DNA from: Candidatus Aminicenantes bacterium UBA1061 | GTDB lineage: Bacteria > Acidobacteriota > Aminicenantia > Aminicenantales > Saccharicenantaceae | Assembly (NCBI GenBank): GCA_002316315.1 | Contig: DCDG01000037.1 | Coordinates: forward strand, 21,967-85,966 | Length of the DNA: 64,000 nucleotides | Direction: 5' to 3' | In this document: piece after piece, positions 29,671-40,191 of the stretch | How the letters are laid out: each line of letters starts with the position of its first letter | Numbering within the stretch: position 1 is the stretch's first letter | The notes under the pieces: generated by a model | What the model saw: only the letters and a program-made list of their open reading frames with translations | Database searches by the model: none | What the model was told of the DNA's origin: nothing | Translations under genes and position numbers: made by a program

Positions 29671-30246
29671 TTAAACCCTTTCGAGATAGTTCTTTATTTC
29701 CTCAAAGGAAGAGACAACTAAGACCCTGTCCAGGTTAGCTGGCGTCATGGCGCTTTTAAGAATAAAGATTCTGGTCAGACCGGCTTCTCTGGCCGCCAGC
29801 AGGTCATAATTGGTATCGCCAATAGCTAAGGTTTCATCAGGTGTAGCTTTAAGCTGCTCCATAGCTCTGACCAGAGGAGCTCCACTGGGCTTATATAGCC
29901 CGCTTTCTCTGGTCAAAACCAGATCAAATCTCAACTGAAAACGGTCAAGCAGACAACAGGTATTTTCCCGATTATTATTGGTGACCAGGGCAGTCTTTAT
30001 CTGGTAGCTGGCTAACCACTCCAGGAATTCTCTGACTCCCGATTTGAGTCTGGCCATTTCCGTCTGGCGTCGTTCGTGAGCCTCCAGGATAGCATATTTT
30101 TGCCATCTATCCGGGTCAGGCAGGTTATCAAGATAGGCCAGAATCGAGCCGCCGGTCAGGCCCAGTTCCTGCCTGATGACCGCCCAATCATAATTATTTT
30201 CAACTACTGTTCCATCGAGATCGAAAATGACTAATTTAGTCTTCAT
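29671..30246 (-). CDS. HAD-superfamily hydrolase (phosphoglycolate-phosphatase-like)
   Basis: Motif I VIFDLDGTV. Motif II/III (TNN..., GDTNYD). Confidence 0.75.
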   Translation of the reverse strand: MKTKLVIFDLDGTVVENNYDWAVIRQELGLTGGSILAYLDNLPDPDRWQKYAILEAHERRQTEMARLKSGVREFLEWLASYQIKTALVTNNNRENTCCLLDRFQLRFDLVLTRESGLYKPSGAPLVRAMEQLKATPDETLAIGDTNYDLLAAREAGLTRIFILKSAMTPANLDRVLVVSSFEEIKNYLERV

Positions 30247-30501
30247 CTTTTTTATCTGGCACCAGAGTTATATTAAATAGTAAGAGACGATTTTTCAACC
30301 ACCACTCCAGGAGTCGTTGGTTGATTTTGCGGGCTGGAGATAAGCTTTGGCTAGCTGTCAATCTTAAATCGGCTGTTCATGAGATCATATATATTTTAAG
30401 ATTTTAAGGCGGATTAAATAAAAATTGTTGATCAGGATCAGAATAATTGATAGAATTTAAGTGAAAGTTTAGGCCAATGTTAAAAAGAAGGGAGGAACTA
30501 C

Positions 30502-30768
30502 ATGGGTAAATATCTTGCCATCTTTTTTGGAATAGTGTCTATGATAGCCGGGCTCTACCTGGTAATTTTTGTCTGGTGGCGTGAATTCTTGCAGTTGGTT
30601 TTTGGCTTCATTCCACCCATTCTTTTCTTCGGCGGCTTGATAGCCATCGTGGCGGGGATCTCAAGCATAAAAGATTCCATCCGGCAGAAGAAGCTTGAAG
30701 CTGAAACGAGTACGATGCAGGAAGAACAAAAGACGGAAGAACAAAAGACAGAAGAACAAGCCCAATAA
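30502..30768 (+). CDS. Small two-TM membrane protein with C-terminal EEQKT tandem repeat
   Basis: GGAGG RBS upstream. Two hydrophobic helices, then EEQKTEEQKTEEQAQ encoded by a 15-bp tandem repeat. Confidence 0.45.
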   Translation: MGKYLAIFFGIVSMIAGLYLVIFVWWREFLQLVFGFIPPILFFGGLIAIVAGISSIKDSIRQKKLEAETSTMQEEQKTEEQKTEEQAQ

Positions 30769-30845
30769 GATTTCACCGGGTATTTTTTAATAAGACAGAG
30801 TTACAGGTTAAACATAAAAAATAGTTTCTGAAAAGCCAGGATAAA

Positions 30846-31280
30846 GTGAGTTATGTGGTAAGTAGTATTATAGGTATTTTTCTGGCTCTTGTATCTCAGT
30901 TCAATGTCACTCTCGATAGATGTTTTCTGCAGAATAATCCTTCGTTGCTGCCTGCCCTGATTTCTTCGGATATACCGACACTGATCACCTTACCCGAACC
31001 TATTCAGATTTCAGACTGCTTTTCTCCCACCCAGACTCTTCTGGTGCTGGAGAACATTCTGGCCAGGACTTCAACTATAGAATTCTTTCTTGATCCTGCC
31101 AATCAGATTGTAGCTGACAAGAGGGGAATAATTATTCAGGCCCGCTGGTCGTTTCTTAACAAAGATACCGGACGCAAATACCTTTTCTGGCTTTATTTTT
31201 ATCTTACCCCGGAAAATCAAAGGCAGAAAAACGGGGGTCCAAGACTTATCATAAAAGAAATAAGGGCTGAAAGACGTTAA
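30846..31280 (+). CDS. Hypothetical protein immediately upstream of sensor kinase
   Basis: 144-aa ORF that ends 12 bp before the kinase start. No recognisable motif. Confidence 0.35.
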   Translation: MSYVVSSIIGIFLALVSQFNVTLDRCFLQNNPSLLPALISSDIPTLITLPEPIQISDCFSPTQTLLVLENILARTSTIEFFLDPANQIVADKRGIIIQARWSFLNKDTGRKYLFWLYFYLTPENQRQKNGGPRLIIKEIRAERR

Positions 31281-31292
31281 AGGAGTGGCCAG

Positions 31293-34200
31293 GTGGGGTT
31301 TCGGTTTTGGCCGTCGGCATTGAAAGGTCGAGAGCATCGACTGCTCCAACTGGCTATTGTCTTAGGCTGTCTGTCTATCATCCTGGTCTTAAGCTCATTT
31401 TTTTGGTTTAATCAACAGCCATCAAGCTCAGAGAAGGCTATTCCATCCAATTTAAACCAGGCCCGCCGTGAAATTCATCACGATTTTTCGCGGCTTCTTG
31501 AACTCTTGCAAAAAAGGCAAATTCAGCTTAGCGCTCGTACTCTGCCCGAAGACTTATGGACGAGATTTGAATTCTTCAAAAGAAGTGATCTAAATCCTGC
31601 TCTGGAGGGTGTGGCGAGTTTAGACGAGAAACTAAATCTCGAGGTCTGGTATGGAAATGTTGCCGATCTAAAAACCTCATTGCCCGATCTTGAAAAATAT
31701 TTAACAGATATTCTGGCTGGAAGTTTTGTTATTCAGGATAGGGCTTCAACTTATCTGGTAAGTCTAAAGCCTGTTGCTCAAAATAGTTATCTGGCCATTT
31801 TTGAGCTGCTGGCCTTTCAGCCTCAATTTCAGTCAACCTATTTGCATCAGTACATAAGGCTAAGGTCAATAAGCAAGACTGGTGCTGATATCGATTTCTG
31901 GGAATATTCTCATGAGACAGAAGCTCTTGACCGACTGTTTGAACGAAATCAAGATGCCTATTTGAGCCAGCAAAGGGAAGAACAGGAGAGCCGGACACTT
32001 TATTTCCCCCTAAGAAATGAGAAAAGTAAAATTTTAGCAACTGTGACTTTAAATTCTTTTCGCCTCGAAGGCCAAAAGCTAACTCTAAACCAGTTGGTCA
32101 GACTTCTGACCATAATTCTGGCTATCTTAGCTCTAACTTTCCTTTTATTCTGGCTTGGTCACGATAAACCCAGATCTTTATGGGCCTCAAAACTGGCTGA
32201 CGGATTGCTGGCCTCGGTGGCACTTCTAGCTATAAGATATCTGCTGGCCATACTGGCTGAACTCAGACCTTTTGTTTACTGGCCAGTTTTTTCTCCCCGT
32301 GAAGCAGGTTTCAAAACGATCGGGAATTTGACCAGCTCGCCAGGTGATATTTTTTTAACTTATCTTTTTATTTTCTTTCTGGTCGTCCTCAGCATTAAAC
32401 CATTAAAAGCCAGGCTAAGTCTCACCTCCCGGCATACCCGAACAGAGTCAGTCAATAATAAACATAAAATCCTGATAATTATGGCCGGAGCCTTTCTTTT
32501 TGTCCTGGGTTTCCAGGCCTTTATCTGGAGCCTAAAAAAAATAGTGGCCGGCACCAGCTTTAATTTACTGCAATATAATTTTAATTTAGCTTCCATTCTT
32601 ATTTATTTAAGTCTTTTCCTGGCCGGCCTGAGTTTTATCTTCTTTCCCCTGCTGATTTTAAGAAAGATATTTTCGACCGGCTGGGTCAGAACGATTTTCT
32701 GGGGAGCAAGTCTGGCTTCAATTCTGATTTTTCAGTTTATAGCCTGGTTGATTATAAAGCCTGCCGGGTTAAAATTAGCCTGGCAAATTCTTCTATTATT
32801 ATTGCTCTTCTTCCTCTCCGTTCTGTTCAAGCGTCGGGCCGGTTATATTCTTCTCAGTCTGTTCCTGATCGCCCTTGTTCAATTCACTTCTGTCCGCAGC
32901 TTAACGGCTACCAGGACTCGCCAGTTGACGGAAAATGTCCTTGTTCACCTGGTTTCTTCTCAGAAAACCTGGGCTGAAATGGCCCTCAAGCAATCACTCT
33001 TAGAGTTACAAAGGCAGATCCGAGACATTCATTCCTTTTTCCGTCATCCAGCTGATCGGGACTTTGCCCGTTCTCTCTGGAACAAGACCTTCCTGGCCAG
33101 GCTTAACTGGAATTCCTGCCTTTATCTCCAGTCGAACGACAGGAAGGTCTTATCATCTTTTTCTTTGAATATGCCAATTTTTGCAGAACAGACTGATGAC
33201 CTGGAAATGTCGGTTGAGCCGGTTTATACCGAGCAATATCTGGAAATCCTTGGCCAGGAGCGTCATTTTTTGATCGGTTACCAGGACTTTACTGCTGACA
33301 ATGGAGCCTCTGGCCGGCTGGTCATCTGGGTCAGCCTCGATCCCACTCTTCTACCTTTTATTAATACTGCCAACCCATATTTTGAATTGTTACGATTAAA
33401 TACCCTTCCTTCCCTTCAACACTTCCCGGTTTCTCTGGCCATCTTTGACTCTGAAGGTCAGCCACTTTTTAATCAGCCCCAGCCGGCCTTTTCTATTGAA
33501 CCGGAATTAAGACAAAAGATAAAAGAACAGCCATCGGGTTTATGGACAGTTCTCCATCTAAACAGCCAGGGTTATCGTGCCTATTGTCTGACTCTTGATG
33601 ATGGCCATTTCTACGCTTTTTATCAGCCGCCAGAATCAAGCCGCCGGCTGATCACTGGCTTTCTGAAGCTTTTCTTTCTCTTTATTATTTTCTCTCTATT
33701 GCTGCTCATCCCGCTAGCTGCCAGAAGGAGAGAATGGCGGCCGGACCTCCGGTCTTTTTCAGCCAGGGTTTATGTCGCTTTTTTTACCGTGGCCTTAGTG
33801 CCTCTTTTTTTCTTTATCTTTTTTACCCAGACCATGGTCGAAAGAATATTTGCCGACCGCTTTGTGAACGAAGCTACCAGCCGGGCTTATTTTGCCCGGA
33901 GTATCCTCTATGACTTTACCAGCCTGCAGGAGTCAGCTGAACAACAACCAGCAGGACTACCAGAAGACCTGGTCTTCTGGATCAGCGCTACCCTTAATAA
34001 TGATGTGAATCTCTATCGCCAGGGGTTATTTCTTTCTTCAAGTCGGCGGGAATTTTTTGAAACAGGAATTCTATCCGATCTAATTGATGGTGAGGTTTAC
34101 AGCCGAATTATTTATGGCCACCAGCCACTGGTCGTTAGCCGGAAATCTTTTGGCCAGTTTTCATATCAGACCCTGACCATTCCCTATAACTATCAGCAGG

Positions 34201-35198
34201 ATGTTTATCTTTTAAGCCTGCCTTTTCCTTTTGAAAGGCAGGAAATTTCTAAAGCCACGGGCGAGTTGCTGGAATTTTTTATCTTTTCATCGATATTTTT
34301 TATCGGCCTGATTGCTTTCTTTGCCAGTACGATCAAAAGGATGATTATTATCCCGATCAATAAGCTCATCCGGGCCACACAGGAGGTTGGATTGGGCAAC
34401 CTGGATGTGAAAGTGGATCACCAGGCTCAGGATGAACTGAAGGGCCTGATTGATGGCTTTAACACCATGGTTGAAAACCTGAAAGGACATGAAAAAGAAC
34501 TGGCTGAGCTCAGTCAGAAAGTAGCCTGGGCAGAAATGGCTAGAAGAGTAGCTCATGAAATAAAAAATCCTCTGACCCCCATCCAGCTCTCAGCTGAGCA
34601 TATTCTTAAAGTTCATGAAGATCAGCATCCTGAGTTTGATCGTATCCTCAGAGAATCAATATCCTATATAATTTCAGAGGTAGAGAATCTAAGGAGAATA
34701 GCTCAGGAATTTATGACTGTCGCCCGGGAATCTGATACACACCTCGAAAAGTTTGACCTGGCCAATCTCGTTGAGGAATTAGTTGAACCTTATCAAAGTA
34801 CCCTCGAAGGCCGGATACCTATTACTCTTAAGAAGTCTGGCGATGATTTTATCTTAAATGGTGATCGGGAAAAAGTGAAGGTTGCTATCCGCAATTTGCT
34901 AATTAATTCCATTGAAGCCATCAAGGGAAAAGGGCAGATTGAGTTTATTCTCAAATCATCTCCCGAAGCAATCAGACTGGAAATCAAGGACAGCGGGGCA
35001 GGAATTCCAGCCGATATTGCCGAGCACATTTTTGAACCATATTTTTCAACTAAAGAAAAGGGCACCGGCCTTGGCCTGGCTATCTGTAAAAGAATTGTAG
35101 AAGAGAATGGTGGCTCAATTAAAATAGAAAGCAGGTCGGGCCAGGGAACAACGGTGATTATGGCTTTCCTTAGGGTAGCTGATAATCAGGCCGGCTGA
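31293..35198 (+). CDS. Large multi-TM sensor histidine kinase (extracytoplasmic sensor domains, HAMP, HisKA, HATPase_c)
   Basis: 1301 aa. N-terminal TM; about 240-aa periplasmic segment; a block of about 8 TM helices; a second extramembrane segment; further TMs; HAMP; H-box VAHEIKNPLTPI (NtrY/AtoS-type); and G1/G2 boxes (DSGAGI, GTGLGLAI). Confidence 0.8.
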   Translation: MGFRFWPSALKGREHRLLQLAIVLGCLSIILVLSSFFWFNQQPSSSEKAIPSNLNQARREIHHDFSRLLELLQKRQIQLSARTLPEDLWTRFEFFKRSDLNPALEGVASLDEKLNLEVWYGNVADLKTSLPDLEKYLTDILAGSFVIQDRASTYLVSLKPVAQNSYLAIFELLAFQPQFQSTYLHQYIRLRSISKTGADIDFWEYSHETEALDRLFERNQDAYLSQQREEQESRTLYFPLRNEKSKILATVTLNSFRLEGQKLTLNQLVRLLTIILAILALTFLLFWLGHDKPRSLWASKLADGLLASVALLAIRYLLAILAELRPFVYWPVFSPREAGFKTIGNLTSSPGDIFLTYLFIFFLVVLSIKPLKARLSLTSRHTRTESVNNKHKILIIMAGAFLFVLGFQAFIWSLKKIVAGTSFNLLQYNFNLASILIYLSLFLAGLSFIFFPLLILRKIFSTGWVRTIFWGASLASILIFQFIAWLIIKPAGLKLAWQILLLLLLFFLSVLFKRRAGYILLSLFLIALVQFTSVRSLTATRTRQLTENVLVHLVSSQKTWAEMALKQSLLELQRQIRDIHSFFRHPADRDFARSLWNKTFLARLNWNSCLYLQSNDRKVLSSFSLNMPIFAEQTDDLEMSVEPVYTEQYLEILGQERHFLIGYQDFTADNGASGRLVIWVSLDPTLLPFINTANPYFELLRLNTLPSLQHFPVSLAIFDSEGQPLFNQPQPAFSIEPELRQKIKEQPSGLWTVLHLNSQGYRAYCLTLDDGHFYAFYQPPESSRRLITGFLKLFFLFIIFSLLLLIPLAARRREWRPDLRSFSARVYVAFFTVALVPLFFFIFFTQTMVERIFADRFVNEATSRAYFARSILYDFTSLQESAEQQPAGLPEDLVFWISATLNNDVNLYRQGLFLSSSRREFFETGILSDLIDGEVYSRIIYGHQPLVVSRKSFGQFSYQTLTIPYNYQQDVYLLSLPFPFERQEISKATGELLEFFIFSSIFFIGLIAFFASTIKRMIIIPINKLIRATQEVGLGNLDVKVDHQAQDELKGLIDGFNTMVENLKGHEKELAELSQKVAWAEMARRVAHEIKNPLTPIQLSAEHILKVHEDQHPEFDRILRESISYIISEVENLRRIAQEFMTVARESDTHLEKFDLANLVEELVEPYQSTLEGRIPITLKKSGDDFILNGDREKVKVAIRNLLINSIEAIKGKGQIEFILKSSPEAIRLEIKDSGAGIPADIAEHIFEPYFSTKEKGTGLGLAICKRIVEENGGSIKIESRSGQGTTVIMAFLRVADNQAG

Positions 35199-35318
35199 TT
35201 TTTGATTAATTTTTAGGCCGGCTCCCCGTAATAAGGTCAAAATCGAGAGGCAGGAGAATTTAAGTTCAGCGGGGCAAAATGATATAATAATAATCTTTAT
35301 TAATGTGGAGAGGTCAAG

Positions 35319-35819
35319 ATGAAAAACCTGGTCACCTACTTCAGCCTGACCGGAAATACAAAGAAGATAGCTGAGGCAATTTATGAGGCTTTGCCTGAGC
35401 CAAAAGAATTAAAAAAAATGGATGGGATAAAATCAGTCGAAGATTATGATCTGATTTTTGTCGGTTTCCCTGTTCATTCCCATAGTGTTCCTTACCCGGT
35501 GGAAGCTTTTCTCCGCCATTTACCGGCTGAGCAGAAAGTAGCTCTCTTTATGACCCATGGGTCAATTCCAGGTACGAGGTTGTCCCGACAGGCCCTCGAA
35601 CAGGCTTTGGTTCTGGCCGGGAAAGCCAGGATATTAGGTACTTATACGTCGCGCGGCCAGGTTTCCCCTGAAGCTATGGAAATACTGAGCCGGTCACCAG
35701 AACATGAACTCTGGGCAGAAATGGCGGTAACCGCTCGTCATCATCCCGACCAAAATGATCTCGATGATGCACGGGCTTTTGCCCACTGGATATTAAGCCT
35801 GGCTGCCCAGCCTGGTTGA
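35319..35819 (+). CDS. Flavodoxin-family protein
   Basis: N-terminal FMN-phosphate loop YFSLTGNTKKIAEAI. Length 166 aa. Confidence 0.6.
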   Translation: MKNLVTYFSLTGNTKKIAEAIYEALPEPKELKKMDGIKSVEDYDLIFVGFPVHSHSVPYPVEAFLRHLPAEQKVALFMTHGSIPGTRLSRQALEQALVLAGKARILGTYTSRGQVSPEAMEILSRSPEHELWAEMAVTARHHPDQNDLDDARAFAHWILSLAAQPG

Positions 35820-35855
35820 TGACAGGTTTTCTTTCAGGTTGAAATCACCAGCAAC

Positions 35856-36821
35856 TTAGAGATGTTTAATTCTCTCAAAGCCTGAGATGCCGGTAACCTC
35901 TAGCTTCTCATCTGCTTCCTTTTCAATCTGGTCTAATAGCAGGTTAAGCCCAAGAGTATCAGAAGCCATATGCCCGGCTACAATTACGTTAAGTTTGGCC
36001 GATTTGCATTTTTCCAGTGCTTCTTCACTGAAGTGCATGCCCACCAGAGTACTGACACCGGCTAACACTTGCTGACTAAAAATATCCTTCGGCCCTTCGG
36101 TCCCACCAGTCATATCAACATAAATTTTGCCGGCGCGGCTATCTTCTGAACCATTAAGCAGGCGCGGAGGGACAGCCTGGCGACTGGATTTTTTATATTC
36201 TGGAATTTCTCTTAAAATAGCCAGTACGTCTTTGAGCCTGACCGGGTTTTTCTCCTTAAAAAGGTCTGTTAGATACTTAGCAACACAATTATCCGCCACC
36301 GTATGAAGACAGATCATCGGTAGATTAAGCAGGCAAGCGACGTCCACTGTGCGATGATGATTGAGCGGCAGGAACCTTCGTTCAACTTCTCCTCTTCTCT
36401 TTTCCATTAACTGCTCGGCCAGACTGGGGGTAACTCCTGCCTGAATATAGAGATCAACCTGAAGCCCCATCACCTGGTAAAGCTGAGCCAGGGCCCGACC
36501 TTCTGGATGATGAGCCAGAATCAGATCAAACTTCTCTGAGCGTTCCTTATTCAAGACATAAGCCAGCAGAACCTCGCTCACTTCCATATCAATTCCAGCT
36601 AGAAGGCGATTGACCTCCACTTCCGGATCGCCAAACAGTATCCGGCTGTCAGCATATGGATTAAAAAGTACATCAAGATCGAAAACCTCTTTTTCTTCGT
36701 CACTTAACTTGTTGTATTTTTCCTTTTCTGTTTCGAGCAAGCTGGTAATTTCCTGGGGCGGTCGCAAATCATTTTTGATGCCAGCCGCCACCGCTTTTTG
36801 ATAAAAATCTTTAAGTTTCAT
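35856..36821 (-). CDS. Nif3-family dinuclear-metal-centre protein (putative)
   Basis: HHP motif (LILAHHPEG) and C-terminal AGH motif (VIVAGHMASD) in Nif3/YqfO-like positions. The assignment is tentative. Confidence 0.4.
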   Translation of the reverse strand: MKLKDFYQKAVAAGIKNDLRPPQEITSLLETEKEKYNKLSDEEKEVFDLDVLFNPYADSRILFGDPEVEVNRLLAGIDMEVSEVLLAYVLNKERSEKFDLILAHHPEGRALAQLYQVMGLQVDLYIQAGVTPSLAEQLMEKRRGEVERRFLPLNHHRTVDVACLLNLPMICLHTVADNCVAKYLTDLFKEKNPVRLKDVLAILREIPEYKKSSRQAVPPRLLNGSEDSRAGKIYVDMTGGTEGPKDIFSQQVLAGVSTLVGMHFSEEALEKCKSAKLNVIVAGHMASDTLGLNLLLDQIEKEADEKLEVTGISGFERIKHL

Positions 36822-37159
36822 TTTTTCTCCTTATGCTCAATCTTAACTAATGGCTAAACCCGGTTGAGGCAGACCGAGAGCAACCTACCAGGTTATTGCC
36901 AGTTAATTTTCTTATCTGACTCTGACCTTCAGCTGATCCATTTCCGGGCCTCCCGGAAAAAAGATGACCGACATCTAATTTCAACTTGCTGGTTACCGGC
37001 CAAGGCCCAGAAAAGCAAGCTTTTAGACAGGTCCCGAACTGATATTTCATAGCTTTTTTTATCACTATACAAACTATTCTCCTTTAAGGCAAGCCGCCGA
37101 AAATCTGCTGAGAACAGCTCCCATTTGACAGAAAAGATTGAATCAGATAAATTTTAAGA

Positions 37160-37444
37160 ATGCTTGGCCGCATCATATTCCTGGTTATTATTTTTTATAT
37201 CATCTACCGGATAGTCAGATTTTTTCAGAGACTGGGAGAAACCAGCCCTCAGAAATATCAAAAACGCACCCAGCCAGGCAGTAAGACCATGGTTAAAGAC
37301 GAAATGTGCAATACTTATATACCGGAAGACGAAGCCCTGAAAGAAGTCAGGGATGGCCGCACCTATTATTTTTGTTCACCAGCCTGCCGGCAGAAATTTA
37401 TTCAGGAAGGAAAAAAGAAACATAAAGAAACATTAAGAGATTAA
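37160..37444 (+). CDS. YHS-domain (TRASH-like metal-binding) membrane-anchored protein
   Basis: N-terminal TM. C-terminal CNTYIPEDEA...GRTYYFCSPAC YHS motif. Confidence 0.7.
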   Translation: MLGRIIFLVIIFYIIYRIVRFFQRLGETSPQKYQKRTQPGSKTMVKDEMCNTYIPEDEALKEVRDGRTYYFCSPACRQKFIQEGKKKHKETLRD

Positions 37445-37447
37445 GAG

Positions 37448-37732
37448 CTAATAGCCCGAGAATTCAACAGAAAATTCTGAAAACTCCCCTTTATATTCTT
37501 CCCAGCTGACTTCCACCTTTTCTACTCTGGCCAGCCTCGGCCCTTTTTTCAATTCAGCCAGGAACTGTTCCAGTTGCTGGCGTTGGCCCTCTGCCACAAC
37601 TTCTACCCGGCCATCATACAGATTTTGAACCCAACCGGTTAATCCCAGCATCCTGGCTACATGCTGGGCCAAAAAACGGAAACCAACCCCCTGCACCCTG
37701 CCGGAAATATAAGCATGAAGCCTGGCTTTCAT
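37448..37732 (-). CDS. acyP: Acylphosphatase
   Basis: VQGVGFRF signature with a 94-aa length. Confidence 0.85.
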   Translation of the reverse strand: MKARLHAYISGRVQGVGFRFLAQHVARMLGLTGWVQNLYDGRVEVVAEGQRQQLEQFLAELKKGPRLARVEKVEVSWEEYKGEFSEFSVEFSGY

Positions 37733-37845
37733 GGAAAAAATTTTAACATATTATTGCCTGAAACAATAAGGTCAAGCACATTCTGGACCAGCTGCCAGGG
37801 ACCAAGCGTAAATTGGCAGCTAAAAATAGGCCTATGATTATCTAT

Positions 37846-40191
37846 CTAAGTCTTTTTTGCCCGGCTGGTTTTTGGTACCAGCCTGGTCATACCCTCTTTA
37901 ACTTCACTAATAGCTCCGGCAGAAAAGCTAAGTGGGAGATAAAGGCCGTTAAGATAAAAAGAAATCTGGTCGTCATAATGACGGCTCAGAAAATGACCAT
38001 TTTCTCCTGAAGTTAAAACTGAGAGTGAACGGTCGAAATCAGACAGATCAATGACCAGCCGGCAGGAAGCTCCAGCCACTGTTTTATACTCACGGCCACT
38101 TATACTTGCCCGCACAGTCTGGCTATCGCCTATCATCGGGTAGTGGCCACTGTTTAAAAAGCTAAGATACCATTTTTGTCCAAGAACATGTTGATAACTC
38201 AGCCGGTGCAACCTGGCCCAGTCCCACCTTTCCTTGTTTTTGCCAAAGAGTTTCGTCAGCTCACTTAAAGTCTCGAGCATAGCTTTTTCCATTATTTCGT
38301 CTCTGGTTTCCCTGCCTGGTGTCTCAGTCCGGTCAAACCAGGGAGAATCCGACTGGTCAATAATTTTTTCCAGGCCGGCTTGCCTCGCTTGAAAGTATCT
38401 GGCCAGATCCTGATAATAAAAGCTAAAATCATCGCTGAAAGTGAGCTCCTCCAACCTCTTCCAGAAGACCTCATAGATAGCTGAAGCCAGCCCCTCTTTA
38501 ACCTCACCTGACCATTGCATCAATATTTGCCTGGCCTCCTCTGCCGCCGGATCAACCATTTTCACCTGATTTAGGACCTGTTTGAGCCTGGCCGCTCGCT
38601 GCGAGTAAACATCATTTTGAATGGCCGTCATAGTTTGCAGCGAATTCTTGCTGTTAGACTGAAGTAACTCTTCTATTCTGTTTTTCCTGTCAGGTGATAT
38701 CCAGTCAAAACCAAGGTAATGAGAATAATTTTCAGGCATAATATTGTTGTTGGCAGTGACAATCAGACCAGAAGGCGGGTTATAAATATTTGGCTTTTCT
38801 TCTGGAGTCAAATAACCGGTCCAGAGACTATCATCACGCCAGCCAGGATAGGGATAAACGGCAGTTTCTTTTTGCCTGACCGGAATTTTTCCTGAGAGAT
38901 AATAGCCAATATTTCCGGCCGTATCGGCATAAACAAAATTCTGAGAAGGATTATCAAATAGTTCCGCTCCGCTGGAAAAGTCAGACCAATCGCTGGCAGT
39001 ATTAATCAGATACAATCCTTCGGCTGTCCGGTCGCCTTCATACAGGGTCCAGCGTAGCGATATAGGCAACTCACAATTCAAAAGAAAGGGATTAAGAATC
39101 GGGCCCTCTTCTGTCCAGCTGACAGTGATTGTTCTAGGACTCTTTTCTCCTTTGATTTTAATAATTTCGTTTCTTACAGTCAGAGGCCTCCACTCCCCCA
39201 GGCGAAAATAAGATCTGGTTTCCCAATCAACCTTTTCTAAATAAAGATCCTGAACGTCCACATAAGAATTAGTTATACCCCAGGCCAGATGCTGGTTATG
39301 GCCGATAATCACCAGGGGAACTCCAGGAATGGTCTCGCCACTAACCTTATATTCCTGGCACTCCAGTCCCATTTCCAGCCAGATAGGCGGCACATTGATG
39401 ATTAGATGAGGATCATTAGCCAGAAAAGGCCGGCCACTGGTTGTGCGATCTCCAGAAATAACCCAATTATTGGAGCCAGAACCGGATTGATCCAGAAATT
39501 CAGTCAGACCGAAATTTAGCACATCTAGCTGGACTTCCGGGTCGGGAAGGAAATCAAGCCCCGGTTCCAGTAACTCAACTGCCTCCGGGCCAGCTTTTCT
39601 TATCAAATTTATCCTGGCCAGCTCTGAGGTATAATCAGCCGCCAGATTCATGGCCAGAAGATGTTTGATCGACAGGCTGTCCTCGACTGTCCAGGGCTCA
39701 GGTCTGAAGCGCAGCAAAATAAACTCCGGCGGCCAGTTCCACTTTATCTGGCGGATATAAGCGTTAACACCAGAAGCATAAGCTGAAAAAAGTTTCTTCA
39801 TTTTTTCTGGCAGTTTCTCAAAATCACGTTCAATGGCCACTGGCAGCCCAAGAACCCGGCTTCTGAGGTCATAGGTCAGACCGGCTTCCCCCACAATTTC
39901 GGATAGCCGTCCCCGGGCCAGGCGTCTGAACAACTCCATCTGCCACAGACGTTCGCGGGCCTGAATATAACCGGCAGCCAGAAAGAGGTCTTCCTCACTT
40001 TGAGCTTTAAGATGTGGCACGCCCCATCTGTCCCAGGTCACTGATACTTCGGCTTGAAGTCCCTTTATGGCCAGGCTGGCCGAGTCCTTAGGCCTGGAAG
40101 ATGATAATAAAAAATAAAGCCCGACGCCCAGTCCAATAGCCAGAAACAAAACGGCCAGAATAACTTCACCTATAATTGTTTTTAATTTCAT
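37846..40191 (-). CDS. Penicillin amidase / acyl-homoserine-lactone acylase family Ntn-hydrolase, secreted
   Basis: Signal anchor. Alpha-subunit start WDRWGVPHL. Beta-subunit N-terminal nucleophile region GSGSNNWVISG...ANDPHL. Length 781 aa. Confidence 0.8.
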   Translation of the reverse strand: MKLKTIIGEVILAVLFLAIGLGVGLYFLLSSSRPKDSASLAIKGLQAEVSVTWDRWGVPHLKAQSEEDLFLAAGYIQARERLWQMELFRRLARGRLSEIVGEAGLTYDLRSRVLGLPVAIERDFEKLPEKMKKLFSAYASGVNAYIRQIKWNWPPEFILLRFRPEPWTVEDSLSIKHLLAMNLAADYTSELARINLIRKAGPEAVELLEPGLDFLPDPEVQLDVLNFGLTEFLDQSGSGSNNWVISGDRTTSGRPFLANDPHLIINVPPIWLEMGLECQEYKVSGETIPGVPLVIIGHNQHLAWGITNSYVDVQDLYLEKVDWETRSYFRLGEWRPLTVRNEIIKIKGEKSPRTITVSWTEEGPILNPFLLNCELPISLRWTLYEGDRTAEGLYLINTASDWSDFSSGAELFDNPSQNFVYADTAGNIGYYLSGKIPVRQKETAVYPYPGWRDDSLWTGYLTPEEKPNIYNPPSGLIVTANNNIMPENYSHYLGFDWISPDRKNRIEELLQSNSKNSLQTMTAIQNDVYSQRAARLKQVLNQVKMVDPAAEEARQILMQWSGEVKEGLASAIYEVFWKRLEELTFSDDFSFYYQDLARYFQARQAGLEKIIDQSDSPWFDRTETPGRETRDEIMEKAMLETLSELTKLFGKNKERWDWARLHRLSYQHVLGQKWYLSFLNSGHYPMIGDSQTVRASISGREYKTVAGASCRLVIDLSDFDRSLSVLTSGENGHFLSRHYDDQISFYLNGLYLPLSFSAGAISEVKEGMTRLVPKTSRAKKT

